From: an uncultured Candidatus Saccharibacteria bacterium
Lineage (GTDB): Bacteria; Patescibacteriota; Minisyncoccia; Phycocordibacterales; UBA9973
Direction of reading: 5' to 3'
NCBI GenBank assembly: GCA_964626965.1
Contig: CAZVHB010000003.1
Location: forward strand, 12,256-76,255
DNA: 64,000 nucleotides
Position 1 is the first letter of the stretch; each line of letters opens with the position of its first letter. Of this stretch, positions 56,525-64,000 are shown piece by piece. The notes under the pieces were generated by a model. That model searched no databases. It was not told the origin of the DNA and was given only the letters and a program-made list of their open reading frames with translations. The translations under genes and the position numbers were made by a program.

Positions 56525-59266
56525 TTAAAACATCTGCTTGTACCGCGCCATAATCTCTTCTTCCACTTCTTCTCGTGGTCGGCCGTAGGTGTAGTATGAA
56601 AGTTCTTTTATCTTCTCACTGAGTGCCGGATTCCCAACTGGAGCTGGATAGGCTTTCATATTGAAAGGTTTAGTCGGCATACCACGCACGAGCATCTTTA
56701 CATAGCTGTTATAGTTCTCAAGTTTGATAATATCCCCTGGAGTAAAGACTGGTTCAAACTGTTTTGCAAAGACGTCAGCATTTTCTGGAGACACACGATA
56801 GACCACCATCGAACCAACGTTACCGAAAACTGCATTTCGGATATTCTCTTCAATCTGTTCGATGTACTGATGCGCAATAGTGAGAGAGAGTCTGTATTTT
56901 CGTGCTTCAGAGAGAATAGATGCAATAGAGTCAGTCGTGACGTTTTGGAACTCATCGATATAGAGATAGAAGTCATTCATTTTCTGTCCGTGCATGTCGA
57001 CACGAGAAAGCGCCGCCATCTGAATCTTACCGACAATAATCAGACCGATGAGGTTTGAGTTTATTTCACCAAGTCGTCCTTTTGAGAGATTCACTAAAAG
57101 AATTTTCTTGTTGTCCATAATATCTCGGAAATTGAAAACAGATTTTTGCTGAGAAATAACTGGACGCATAATGTCGTTACTGACAAAGACATCAAACTTG
57201 TTCGTCACATACGGCACAAAGTTTGCAAGTGATTGATCACCTGTCGTCTGTTCGGCATTTTGCCAAAATTGTTTGATGATTGGGTTTTTACATTTTGAAA
57301 GTTTCAAATCACGGAAATTTTTATCAGCAAGCACTCGCCCGATTTCAAGGAGGGTTGAACCACTCTCTGGATCTTCCATCACAAGGAGCGCTGAGTTACG
57401 GAAATACTGTTCAAATGCAGGACCACCAGCTGTCTTCATATCAAAGAGCTTGTTAAAAATAGCGAGAAGCTCATTCACAATCAATATCTTTTGTTCTGGA
57501 TAATTTATATCGTACTCCAACATATTGAGTCCCATAGGTCGGTCCATGTGTGATGGATCAAAGTAGATGACATCATCGATACGTTCTTTTGGGATATTAG
57601 CCAAGATGTCATTAATATCAGAACCGTGCGGATCGATAAAACACACACCATCACCATTGTGAATATCTTGGATAATCATATTTTTGAGTATTGTCGTCTT
57701 ACCAGTTCCCGTCTGTCCAATGACATACATATGACGAACACGATCTTCTTTACTCATGTAGATTTTCTTTGATCCTCCTCGGTAGTTGTTCTCACCCAAG
57801 AGTACCCCATCATTTTCTCGTATATCTTCAGGTGCTGGCGCAGATGTCGCACGCGCAGTCTTGAGCTGAGGTGCACCTTGCACACCAACAGGAAAGTGAA
57901 ACAGTTGTGCGAGCTCTTTTGCTGAAAGCTTGAGCATTTCCTCATCTCGCCACTGACGAAATGAAAAATCATATGAAAATTCATCTGTATGTTTTGGAGA
58001 GACTCGATGAAACACTAAAGAGTTTGATGTTGTTTCATTAAACTGATTGAACACTGCTTCTACTTGAGAGAGGATACCTTCAGCACGAGACCGTTCCGGA
58101 GCAGATGCCACAATACGAAGTGCTGTTGGAATAATAGAACTTTTTATCTTCTCTTCAATGTGCGTCACGAGTTTTGAGGTACTGTCTGACATTTGGTGAT
58201 CAACACTCTGATTAAATTCTTTTGATTTTGTAAAAAATAATTCTTTAAACGCAGTAACTGTCGCCTTGCGAACAGATGCCACACTCGAAAGTGCTTCACT
58301 CACTTTGTACCCGTCTTCTTTTACTTTACGAAGTGCTTCTTTAAATTCTTCTGTATAGTTATTACCTCCGGGTTGTATAAGAAACTGTATTGCGACACCT
58401 TCACCAACTGTTTTGAGTTTTGAAAGCGCGTTGATTGCCGTCGCCATCGGGTCGTGTTCCATTTCCATCTTAAGCGGGAGAAGATCAGTGTTTTCGTATT
58501 GCGCATACGCACAGGCGGTCACATTTTCATCTGAAAAAATATTATAGTCATCATTCACGACATCAATACGCGCATCACTATAAAAACCAAGAATTTGTTT
58601 TTCAAACAAATCAATACTCTCACGTGGAATCCCAGCGTAAAAATGAATTTCATTACTATCTGATGCGAGTGCTATTTCAAGTGTGAAATGACGCTTGGTC
58701 GTATTTTTAAAAGACCCAGCAATAGAGAGCATTCCCGCATAAAATTGTTCCATAGCAGAAATATATTCTTTGAAACTTTTTTCTTTTTTCTCATCTTCTG
58801 GGAGTGTGATTTCAACAAGCACCATGTCGAGTCCTTTCCACAAAGGACTTCCCTCCTTAACACCAGGAACAGCGTGCACAGACTCGAGATACTGTGCAAG
58901 AAAGCGATGGAAGTCATCAGTGAGGTGTGGATCGTGGAGTGCAGTCAAAACAGAGAGTGTATTTTTAATACCTGTTTCTGTCAGAAGCCCGAGGAGCTCT
59001 TCCATCTTTCGGTCATGTGCTTCTGGTTTGAGTTTCAAGACGAGTGCTTCTACTTGGTGTTCAGGAAGCCTGTGTGCAGTGGTGAGGACTTCACTCGCTT
59101 CAGCACGAGCATACTGTTCGATGGTTTCTGTATGAAGATCTTCTTTGTTGACGTGCTGACCTTCGACAGCGAGATTCTTTTCTCGAAAAGCAATATGCTG
59201 TTTAAGAAATTCTATCTCTTCTTCTGGGCTATTAAACTGTTTACCTCCGAGGTTAAATTCTTCCAT
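56525..59266 (-). CDS. large soluble P-loop ATPase with VirD4/TraD/TraG-like (type IV coupling-protein / DUF87-like) C-terminal half and ~480-aa N-terminal domain of unknown function
   Basis: Walker A 'VIGQTGTGKTT', 'FIDPHGS', 'YLYIDEFQNV', 'ARKYRLSLTIAHQYIEQI'. Start chosen at MEEFNLGG; no N-terminal TM helices. Confidence 0.55.
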   Translation of the reverse strand: MEEFNLGGKQFNSPEEEIEFLKQHIAFREKNLAVEGQHVNKEDLHTETIEQYARAEASEVLTTAHRLPEHQVEALVLKLKPEAHDRKMEELLGLLTETGIKNTLSVLTALHDPHLTDDFHRFLAQYLESVHAVPGVKEGSPLWKGLDMVLVEITLPEDEKKEKSFKEYISAMEQFYAGMLSIAGSFKNTTKRHFTLEIALASDSNEIHFYAGIPRESIDLFEKQILGFYSDARIDVVNDDYNIFSDENVTACAYAQYENTDLLPLKMEMEHDPMATAINALSKLKTVGEGVAIQFLIQPGGNNYTEEFKEALRKVKEDGYKVSEALSSVASVRKATVTAFKELFFTKSKEFNQSVDHQMSDSTSKLVTHIEEKIKSSIIPTALRIVASAPERSRAEGILSQVEAVFNQFNETTSNSLVFHRVSPKHTDEFSYDFSFRQWRDEEMLKLSAKELAQLFHFPVGVQGAPQLKTARATSAPAPEDIRENDGVLLGENNYRGGSKKIYMSKEDRVRHMYVIGQTGTGKTTILKNMIIQDIHNGDGVCFIDPHGSDINDILANIPKERIDDVIYFDPSHMDRPMGLNMLEYDINYPEQKILIVNELLAIFNKLFDMKTAGGPAFEQYFRNSALLVMEDPESGSTLLEIGRVLADKNFRDLKLSKCKNPIIKQFWQNAEQTTGDQSLANFVPYVTNKFDVFVSNDIMRPVISQQKSVFNFRDIMDNKKILLVNLSKGRLGEINSNLIGLIIVGKIQMAALSRVDMHGQKMNDFYLYIDEFQNVTTDSIASILSEARKYRLSLTIAHQYIEQIEENIRNAVFGNVGSMVVYRVSPENADVFAKQFEPVFTPGDIIKLENYNSYVKMLVRGMPTKPFNMKAYPAPVGNPALSEKIKELSYYTYGRPREEVEEEIMARYKQMF

Positions 59267-59692
59267 GGTTTTAGTATACAAAATAACCTCATGGAAAACT
59301 ATCAAGGACGTATTGACAAAAGGACTTATATTTATATAATAAGAACAAATTTACTTTTATAGTAACGTACAAGCCGCACCCTTGTGGGGCGCACTGGGGC
59401 TTCATCCCCAAAATTTTTTATTGTTTTAAAAGCCGTTCCAATTTGGGACGGCTTTTTTCTATCTATTTTTAGAACTTGCAAAAATACCACTCTCAAGTAT
59501 ACTTACTTTGACAGTTCTTATTTTAATAAAAATTAAAAATTTCAGACATGAAAAAGCAAATGTTCTCCCCGCCCGTGACAATGTCACAAAAAGCCTCCAA
59601 CAAAGCAGCAAACACGATGGCACCCCACCAAAAAAAGGAGTAGCCGGTTCGAAAGCAATTTTAAAAAAAGACCGTCAATTACGACGGTTTTT

Positions 59693-60292
59693 TTATTTCT
59701 TCATTTTCGCTCTCGCGACTTCTACAAAAGCCCAGAGAATTGAGAGAAGTATAATCCCAATAGTGATGTAGCGCAAAAGATACACTTTTGTTCCAACAAA
59801 CTGTGCCAAGAAATAGCCGAGGAGTGTAAAGACGAGTGTCCAGATAATTGCACCGACAATGTTGTAGAAAAAAAATGTTTTGTAATCCATACGTCCTACA
59901 CCAGCAAATGTCGGCACTCCTGTACGAACAAATGGAATAAACCGTGCAATAAGAATAGTTCGTGGTCCATACTTTTGAAAATAGCGTTCTGTTTTTTCTA
60001 AATGTTTTTGATTAAAAAACATGATTTTTTCACTAGAAAATATTTTGACTCCATACTTTTTCCCGAGAAAATAGCCAACCTGATCACCAACAGAAGTCCC
60101 AATAAAACAAATAATCATCACAAGCCACAATGGGAAATAGCCTTGCGCTGCGAAAATCCCTGCAGCAAAAAGGAGTGAATCCCCTGGTAAAAAAACACCT
60201 ATCAAAAGCCCCGCTTCGACGATCAGAATAAGAAACATCCCGATAAGACCAAAATGCGAAATGAGAAATTGAGGGTTGATGTATTCGAGCAT
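59693..60292 (-). CDS. DedA-family (SNARE-associated) membrane protein
   Basis: 'GVFLPGDSLLFAAG...GKKYG' DedA signature. Start moved to MLEYINPQ to avoid overlap with the upstream gene. Confidence 0.7.
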   Translation of the reverse strand: MLEYINPQFLISHFGLIGMFLILIVEAGLLIGVFLPGDSLLFAAGIFAAQGYFPLWLVMIICFIGTSVGDQVGYFLGKKYGVKIFSSEKIMFFNQKHLEKTERYFQKYGPRTILIARFIPFVRTGVPTFAGVGRMDYKTFFFYNIVGAIIWTLVFTLLGYFLAQFVGTKVYLLRYITIGIILLSILWAFVEVARAKMKK

Positions 60293-60293
60293 A

Positions 60294-60644
60294 CTAATGT
60301 ATCTTCGCTCCCGGTTTAACTTCTTGATCAGGTACGAGAAAAACCGGTTGACCATCTAGTCCATCGACTGCCATAAGCATACCGTGGGATTCAAGACCCA
60401 TCATAGGACGTGGTTCGAGATTGGTACAAAAGAGCATTGTTTTACCGATGAGTTTTTCTGGCTCTGTGTACCACTTTTTTATTCCTGAAAGAATCTGTCG
60501 TGGCACTGGATTACCTTCTGCATCAACTTCACCAAAATCGAGCTCAAAACGAATAAGTTTATCACTCCCCTCTACAGCTTCTGCCTTTAGTACTTTTCCA
60601 AGTCGTGCTTCTATTTTTGCAAAATCATCTATCGTTATATTCAT
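60294..60644 (-). CDS. tRNA-binding protein (CsaA/YgjH, EMAP/MetRS-C-terminal-like OB fold)
   Basis: 'DFAKIEARLGKVLKAEAVEGSDKLIRFELDFGE...RQILSGIKKWY'. Confidence 0.7.
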   Translation of the reverse strand: MNITIDDFAKIEARLGKVLKAEAVEGSDKLIRFELDFGEVDAEGNPVPRQILSGIKKWYTEPEKLIGKTMLFCTNLEPRPMMGLESHGMLMAVDGLDGQPVFLVPDQEVKPGAKIH

Positions 60645-60832
60645 CCGCCAAAATTTTATTACAACAGTACTACTGAAAATACGGGACTGTATTGTAACAA
60701 CATGTTATCTACTAATATCGACTTCGCGCCTTAAAAAATTTAGGCGGACTAATAGGTACATGATACATAAAAAACCATAATAAATACAGTGACAAAGCCT
60801 ACGGCTTCGTCACTGTATTTATTATTCCTTTC

Positions 60833-61063
60833 TTAATAACTTCCAAAAAAAAGCATTTGCACATCTTTATTCACCAGAATAACCATCGTAAAGAGGATAA
60901 TCACCACCAAAATAGATCCGACAATAAACTCTTGAATTTCCCTCCCGAGTATTTCCGCATAAAACCAACCAGCAAGTAACCAGAGAATGATAATCGTAAT
61001 GAGTGTCGGCATCATGGACGGGATACTCATGATAAAGAGTTGTATAATTTCGAGCATGTACAC
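60833..61063 (-). CDS. small membrane hypothetical protein
   Basis: Two TM helices; 76 aa. Confidence 0.3.
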   Translation of the reverse strand: MYMLEIIQLFIMSIPSMMPTLITIIILWLLAGWFYAEILGREIQEFIVGSILVVIILFTMVILVNKDVQMLFFGSY

Positions 61064-61253
61064 AGTGTATCAAAAAAGAAAAAGCAGTACCATGGGTACT
61101 GCGATTTTTCGTTTAGTGCCTCCTCTTATGGATGGCTTCCCTATAGTAGGGATTTTCTGATTTGTTAAGCCAATAAATCAAAGATCTATTCACCCGAATC
61201 CAAAATTATTTTAGATAAAAATATAATACACTATTAGTAAATTTTTGTCAAAT

Positions 61254-61289
61254 AAAAAACCCGCAAAGTTTCCAATGCGGGTTTTTGTT
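61254..61289. terminator. bidirectional terminator
   Basis: AAAAAACCCGCAAAG-TTTCC-AATGCGGGTTTTTGTT. Confidence 0.75.
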
Positions 61290-61735
61290 GCCGTCAGGCG
61301 GTTTTGTTGTGACAGAAGATTCGTAGTAATGCGTTCGAGTTGCAGATTGCATCGGCAACAGATCTTTGTCAGGTTCCCTGATCTCGGGATTTAGTTTACT
61401 TTTTTTACTTTCAAAGAAGTGTGTCAAAGAGTGCGTATTCGTTTACGAATTTGCGGTATGTACAACTCTGAAATGTAATGGAAGTTACTCCGCATTGCGA
61501 ACCGTATGTATGTAGTGAACCCCACCATACAAGTGAGTTGGTTCGACGCACTTTACAGCGCGATTTTGGAAAAGAAAGCGAATAATTCATTTGCATCAAT
61601 GACTCATAAGCACGATTTGCTGATTTTCATCAGGGCGACTCGGTATGAGCCACGGAGAAGCTAACTAGGCAAATTAAGCTACTTCAACAATGATAGTACG
61701 CTTTTCCCCAGAAAACGCAAGAGGACAGGTTATTC

Positions 61736-62449
61736 CTAATCAAGCGGTTTATACTGCGCACCTTTAAGTACAGATCTCACTGTTTGAAATTCTTCAAGTG
61801 TATTTATCTGATACCAAGATGAAACAGTGTAGTACCCTACTTTTGCATAGTAATGAAACACAGTGTCCGGGATAGAAAATTCACCATTATGTACGATTGG
61901 ATCAAAAGAAAAGAACTCGCCACTGAGTAAATACATCCCTGTAAAACATTGCACAGGTTTCCCTACTTCATCTTCTTTTTGTGCTCTAAAATTAGTTATC
62001 GTTCTGGTTGTTTCATCAACATCACATGTGCGATATCGTGCATCACTTACTTTTGAATACATACCACACACTGGTGTTGGGAGTGTGATAAAAATTTCCA
62101 TGTCTTCTTTTTTAAATATGTCGTCACCGTTGAATACCAAAAATGTTTCGTCGGGTTCAATCATGTCCGTAACTGAAGCGAGCGCAGAAAAAGTTCCGGT
62201 AGTCTCACCTTCTTGGATAGAAAGGTAGACGTTGAATGGAAATTCATGCATCCGCAGAAACAGTTCAAAATGATGTACTTTCGATTGATTTACCACAAGA
62301 TACACATCTTTTATTTTTTCTGGAAGTGCGTCGAGCGCATATTCGAGGATGGTCTTATCATTATGCAACTCAACAAGAGGTTTTGGTGTTGTTTCGGTAA
62401 GTGGTCGAAGTCGGGTCCCATCCCCCGCACAAAGAATAACTGCTTTCAT
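61736..62449 (-). CDS. sugar-phosphate nucleotidyltransferase (NTP_transferase family)
   Basis: 'MKAVILCAGDGTRLRPLTETTPKPLV'. Start chosen at MKAVIL. Confidence 0.7.
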   Translation of the reverse strand: MKAVILCAGDGTRLRPLTETTPKPLVELHNDKTILEYALDALPEKIKDVYLVVNQSKVHHFELFLRMHEFPFNVYLSIQEGETTGTFSALASVTDMIEPDETFLVFNGDDIFKKEDMEIFITLPTPVCGMYSKVSDARYRTCDVDETTRTITNFRAQKEDEVGKPVQCFTGMYLLSGEFFSFDPIVHNGEFSIPDTVFHYYAKVGYYTVSSWYQINTLEEFQTVRSVLKGAQYKPLD

Positions 62450-62482
62450 ATACTTGAGTATACCATAAGTGTAAAAGTAATA

Positions 62483-62515
62483 TAAAAAAAACCTCAACTC
62501 GAGAGAGCTGAGGTT
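62483..62515. terminator. bidirectional terminator
   Basis: AAAAAAAACCTCAACTC-GAGA-GAGCTGAGGTTT. Confidence 0.7.
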
Positions 62516-62533
62516 TAATAATCTTATTTAGAG

Positions 62534-63364
62534 TTATTTCTTTTTAGCTTTTTGAATAGCCTCGGGTAAATTGTAGTTGCAGGACTTTAAAAGAGTAATC
62601 GCTTTTGCTCGAGTTAATCCTGTTTTTTCCATAAGGGTAGCCAGCCCGCGTTCTTTAAGTTTTTCATTACTCAAGCGCATATGAGTCATTTTATTACCAG
62701 TAACTTTTCCAATCAAAACCATTGATGCTGTTGTAATCATATTACACACAAGTTTCTGTGCAGTACCTGATTTCATACGAGTACTTCCAGTTAGAAATTC
62801 CGGACCAACAAGCACCTCTACAGGAAAATCAGATTCAAGACTAATTGGACTTTTTGAACTACAAACGATACAACCAGTTTTGATACCTTTTTTACGACAC
62901 TCACGCAGAGCACCAAGTACATATGGGGTTCGACCACTAGCAGCAATACCAATCACAATATCTTTCTTTGTTACATTGTGTGATTTGAGATCAGAAAATC
63001 CAAGAGTGAGGCTATCTTCAGCTCCTTCAATAGAGCATCTGATAGCACCGTCCCCTCCAGCAATGAGACCTATAACCATATCGTGCGGAACTCCAAATGT
63101 TGGCGGGCATTCACTCGCATCAACAACACCGAGCCGTCCGCTTGTACCAGCTCCAATATAAAAAAGTCGTCCACCTTTTTTAAAAGCTTCAACAACTTGT
63201 TCAATAAGTTTATTTACTTGAGGTAATGCTTCTGCTACAGCGAGAGCTACTGTTTGATCTTCTTTATTGATATTGTGAGTAATTTCCCATACAGGCATTT
63301 GCTCTAAATTATTATAGAGAGAGTCTCGTTCTGTCGCGACAGTACTTAAATTTATCTTTTTCAT
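62534..63364 (-). CDS. murQ: N-acetylmuramic acid 6-phosphate etherase (SIS domain)
   Basis: 'GRLFYIGAGTSGRLGVVDASECPPTFGVPHDMVIGLIAGG'. Confidence 0.85.
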   Translation of the reverse strand: MKKINLSTVATERDSLYNNLEQMPVWEITHNINKEDQTVALAVAEALPQVNKLIEQVVEAFKKGGRLFYIGAGTSGRLGVVDASECPPTFGVPHDMVIGLIAGGDGAIRCSIEGAEDSLTLGFSDLKSHNVTKKDIVIGIAASGRTPYVLGALRECRKKGIKTGCIVCSSKSPISLESDFPVEVLVGPEFLTGSTRMKSGTAQKLVCNMITTASMVLIGKVTGNKMTHMRLSNEKLKERGLATLMEKTGLTRAKAITLLKSCNYNLPEAIQKAKKK

Positions 63365-63412
63365 AGTTTTTCAAATTTTTCTTATTAAACCACAAATATA
63401 GCATAAAAACAA

Positions 63413-63844
63413 TTAGATGCTTTTTTGATTCACCCCATCGAGATACCGCTGAAGAATGAGAATCGCGGCACCCATGTCATCTTTATCTCCTTTTTTTTGT
63501 TTTGTTTGTCGTGCGTGAAGTTTCGTCTTTCCGGTAAAGCTCTGTCGTGCGAGCATTGAAGTCATGAACTCTTTCTGAAAACTCACCGGGAGCAGGATTT
63601 TATCTTCGAGTTCTTTCTTGAACGCATGAACATGCTCCATGACACTATTTTCTTTTCCATTACTATCAACTGAGTACCCAAGCACAATATGTTCGACTCC
63701 CTCTTTTGCAACGATCTTACGCAAATCATCGAAAAGTATTTTTGAATTTTTCATCTGGAGATACGGAAAAGCCACGCGTCCATCTCGATCAGAGAGTGCG
63801 AGGCCAATATTTTTAGTACCAAAATCTATGCCGAGATATTTCAT
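63413..63844 (-). CDS. ruvX: Holliday-junction-resolvase-like putative nuclease RuvX/YqgF
   Basis: 'MKYLGIDFGTKNIGLALSDRDGRVAFP' RNase H-like fold signature. Confidence 0.8.
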   Translation of the reverse strand: MKYLGIDFGTKNIGLALSDRDGRVAFPYLQMKNSKILFDDLRKIVAKEGVEHIVLGYSVDSNGKENSVMEHVHAFKKELEDKILLPVSFQKEFMTSMLARQSFTGKTKLHARQTKQKKGDKDDMGAAILILQRYLDGVNQKSI

Positions 63845-63888
63845 AGTCTATTGGATGTTTCGTTGTATTTGAGCATTTAGTTTCAAAG

Positions 63889-63975
63889 CGGAGGAGGGGG
63901 GATTCGAACTCCCGGACCCCGTAAAGGGTCTCTTGTTTTCAAGACAAGTGCCTTCAACCACTCAGCCACTCCTCC
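63889..63975 (-). tRNA. tRNA-Ser (anticodon UGA), type II with long variable arm
   Basis: Reverse complement GGAGGAG-UG-GCUGAGUGGUUGAAGGC-ACUUGU-CUUGAAA-ACAAG-AGACCCUUUACGGGGUCC-GGGAG-UUCGAAU-CCCCC-CUCCUCC-G. The acceptor is a perfect 7 bp, the T-loop is UUCGAAU, the anticodon loop is CU-UGA-AA; CCA is not encoded. Confidence 0.85.
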
Positions 63976-64000
63976 GCTTTAGAACCAAATATATACTCTA

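Noticed and set aside
59508-59771. 87-aa plus-strand ORF in the dedA downstream region
   Set aside because: It overlaps the dedA 3' end and terminator hairpins, is Lys-rich low-complexity, and has no homology-like features.
1-64000. Search for CRISPR arrays, rRNA genes, transposases/integrases and restriction-modification or toxin-antitoxin genes
   Set aside because: No direct-repeat/spacer arrays, no rRNA-like conserved tracts, and no ORFs with transposase, integrase, methyltransferase-endonuclease or TA signatures were seen. The only repeats are the two inverted-repeat elements, the 30-nt motif and the terminator family.

Overview
This is an AT-rich, densely packed bacterial window. Gene content and style (no obvious Shine-Dalgarno sequences, many secreted hypotheticals, type IV pilus/competence genes, O-antigen-ligase-TPR proteins) suggest a Patescibacteria/CPR-like (Parcubacteria-type) genome; this is inference only. 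Layout: (i) 1-15.3 kb is a large surface-glycan locus. The plus-strand operon holds the Wzm/Wzt ABC exporter, GT2, GT11-like and GT17-like glycosyltransferases. The convergent minus-strand operon holds GT2, a FutC-like GT11 fucosyltransferase, fcl and gmd (GDP-L-fucose pathway), an NAD-dependent sugar epimerase and two tandem Wzy_C+TPR membrane proteins. (ii) A Ser/Thr-rich surface protein with a peptidoglycan-binding domain, then an unusual wHTH gene full of short repeated motifs. (iii) ftsK-recA, followed by a type IV pilus/competence cluster (pilM-pilN-pilO-x-pilB, comF, an ATP-grasp protein). (iv) rplJ-rplL with a candidate L10 leader, and other housekeeping genes. (v) A surface locus with two paralogous YVTN beta-propeller proteins, one fused to a type IV pilin N-terminus. 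(vi) nrdAB, a LOG-family gene, then an accessory-looking stretch in which I identify a probable tmRNA gene (ssrA) about 0.6 kb from smpB. (vii) glmM-like, truB, infC-rpmI-rplT, RNase J-like, ndk, a large VirD4/TraD-like ATPase, dedA, murQ, ruvX and a tRNA-Ser(UGA). Non-coding observations: a roughly 135-bp element with 20-bp terminal inverted repeats present in two copies with a compensatory base change, a recurrent 30-nt motif preceding terminators, several structured intergenic regions that look like small RNAs or leaders, and a family of near-identical GC-rich bidirectional terminator hairpins. No CRISPR array, rRNA, transposase or restriction-modification genes were seen.
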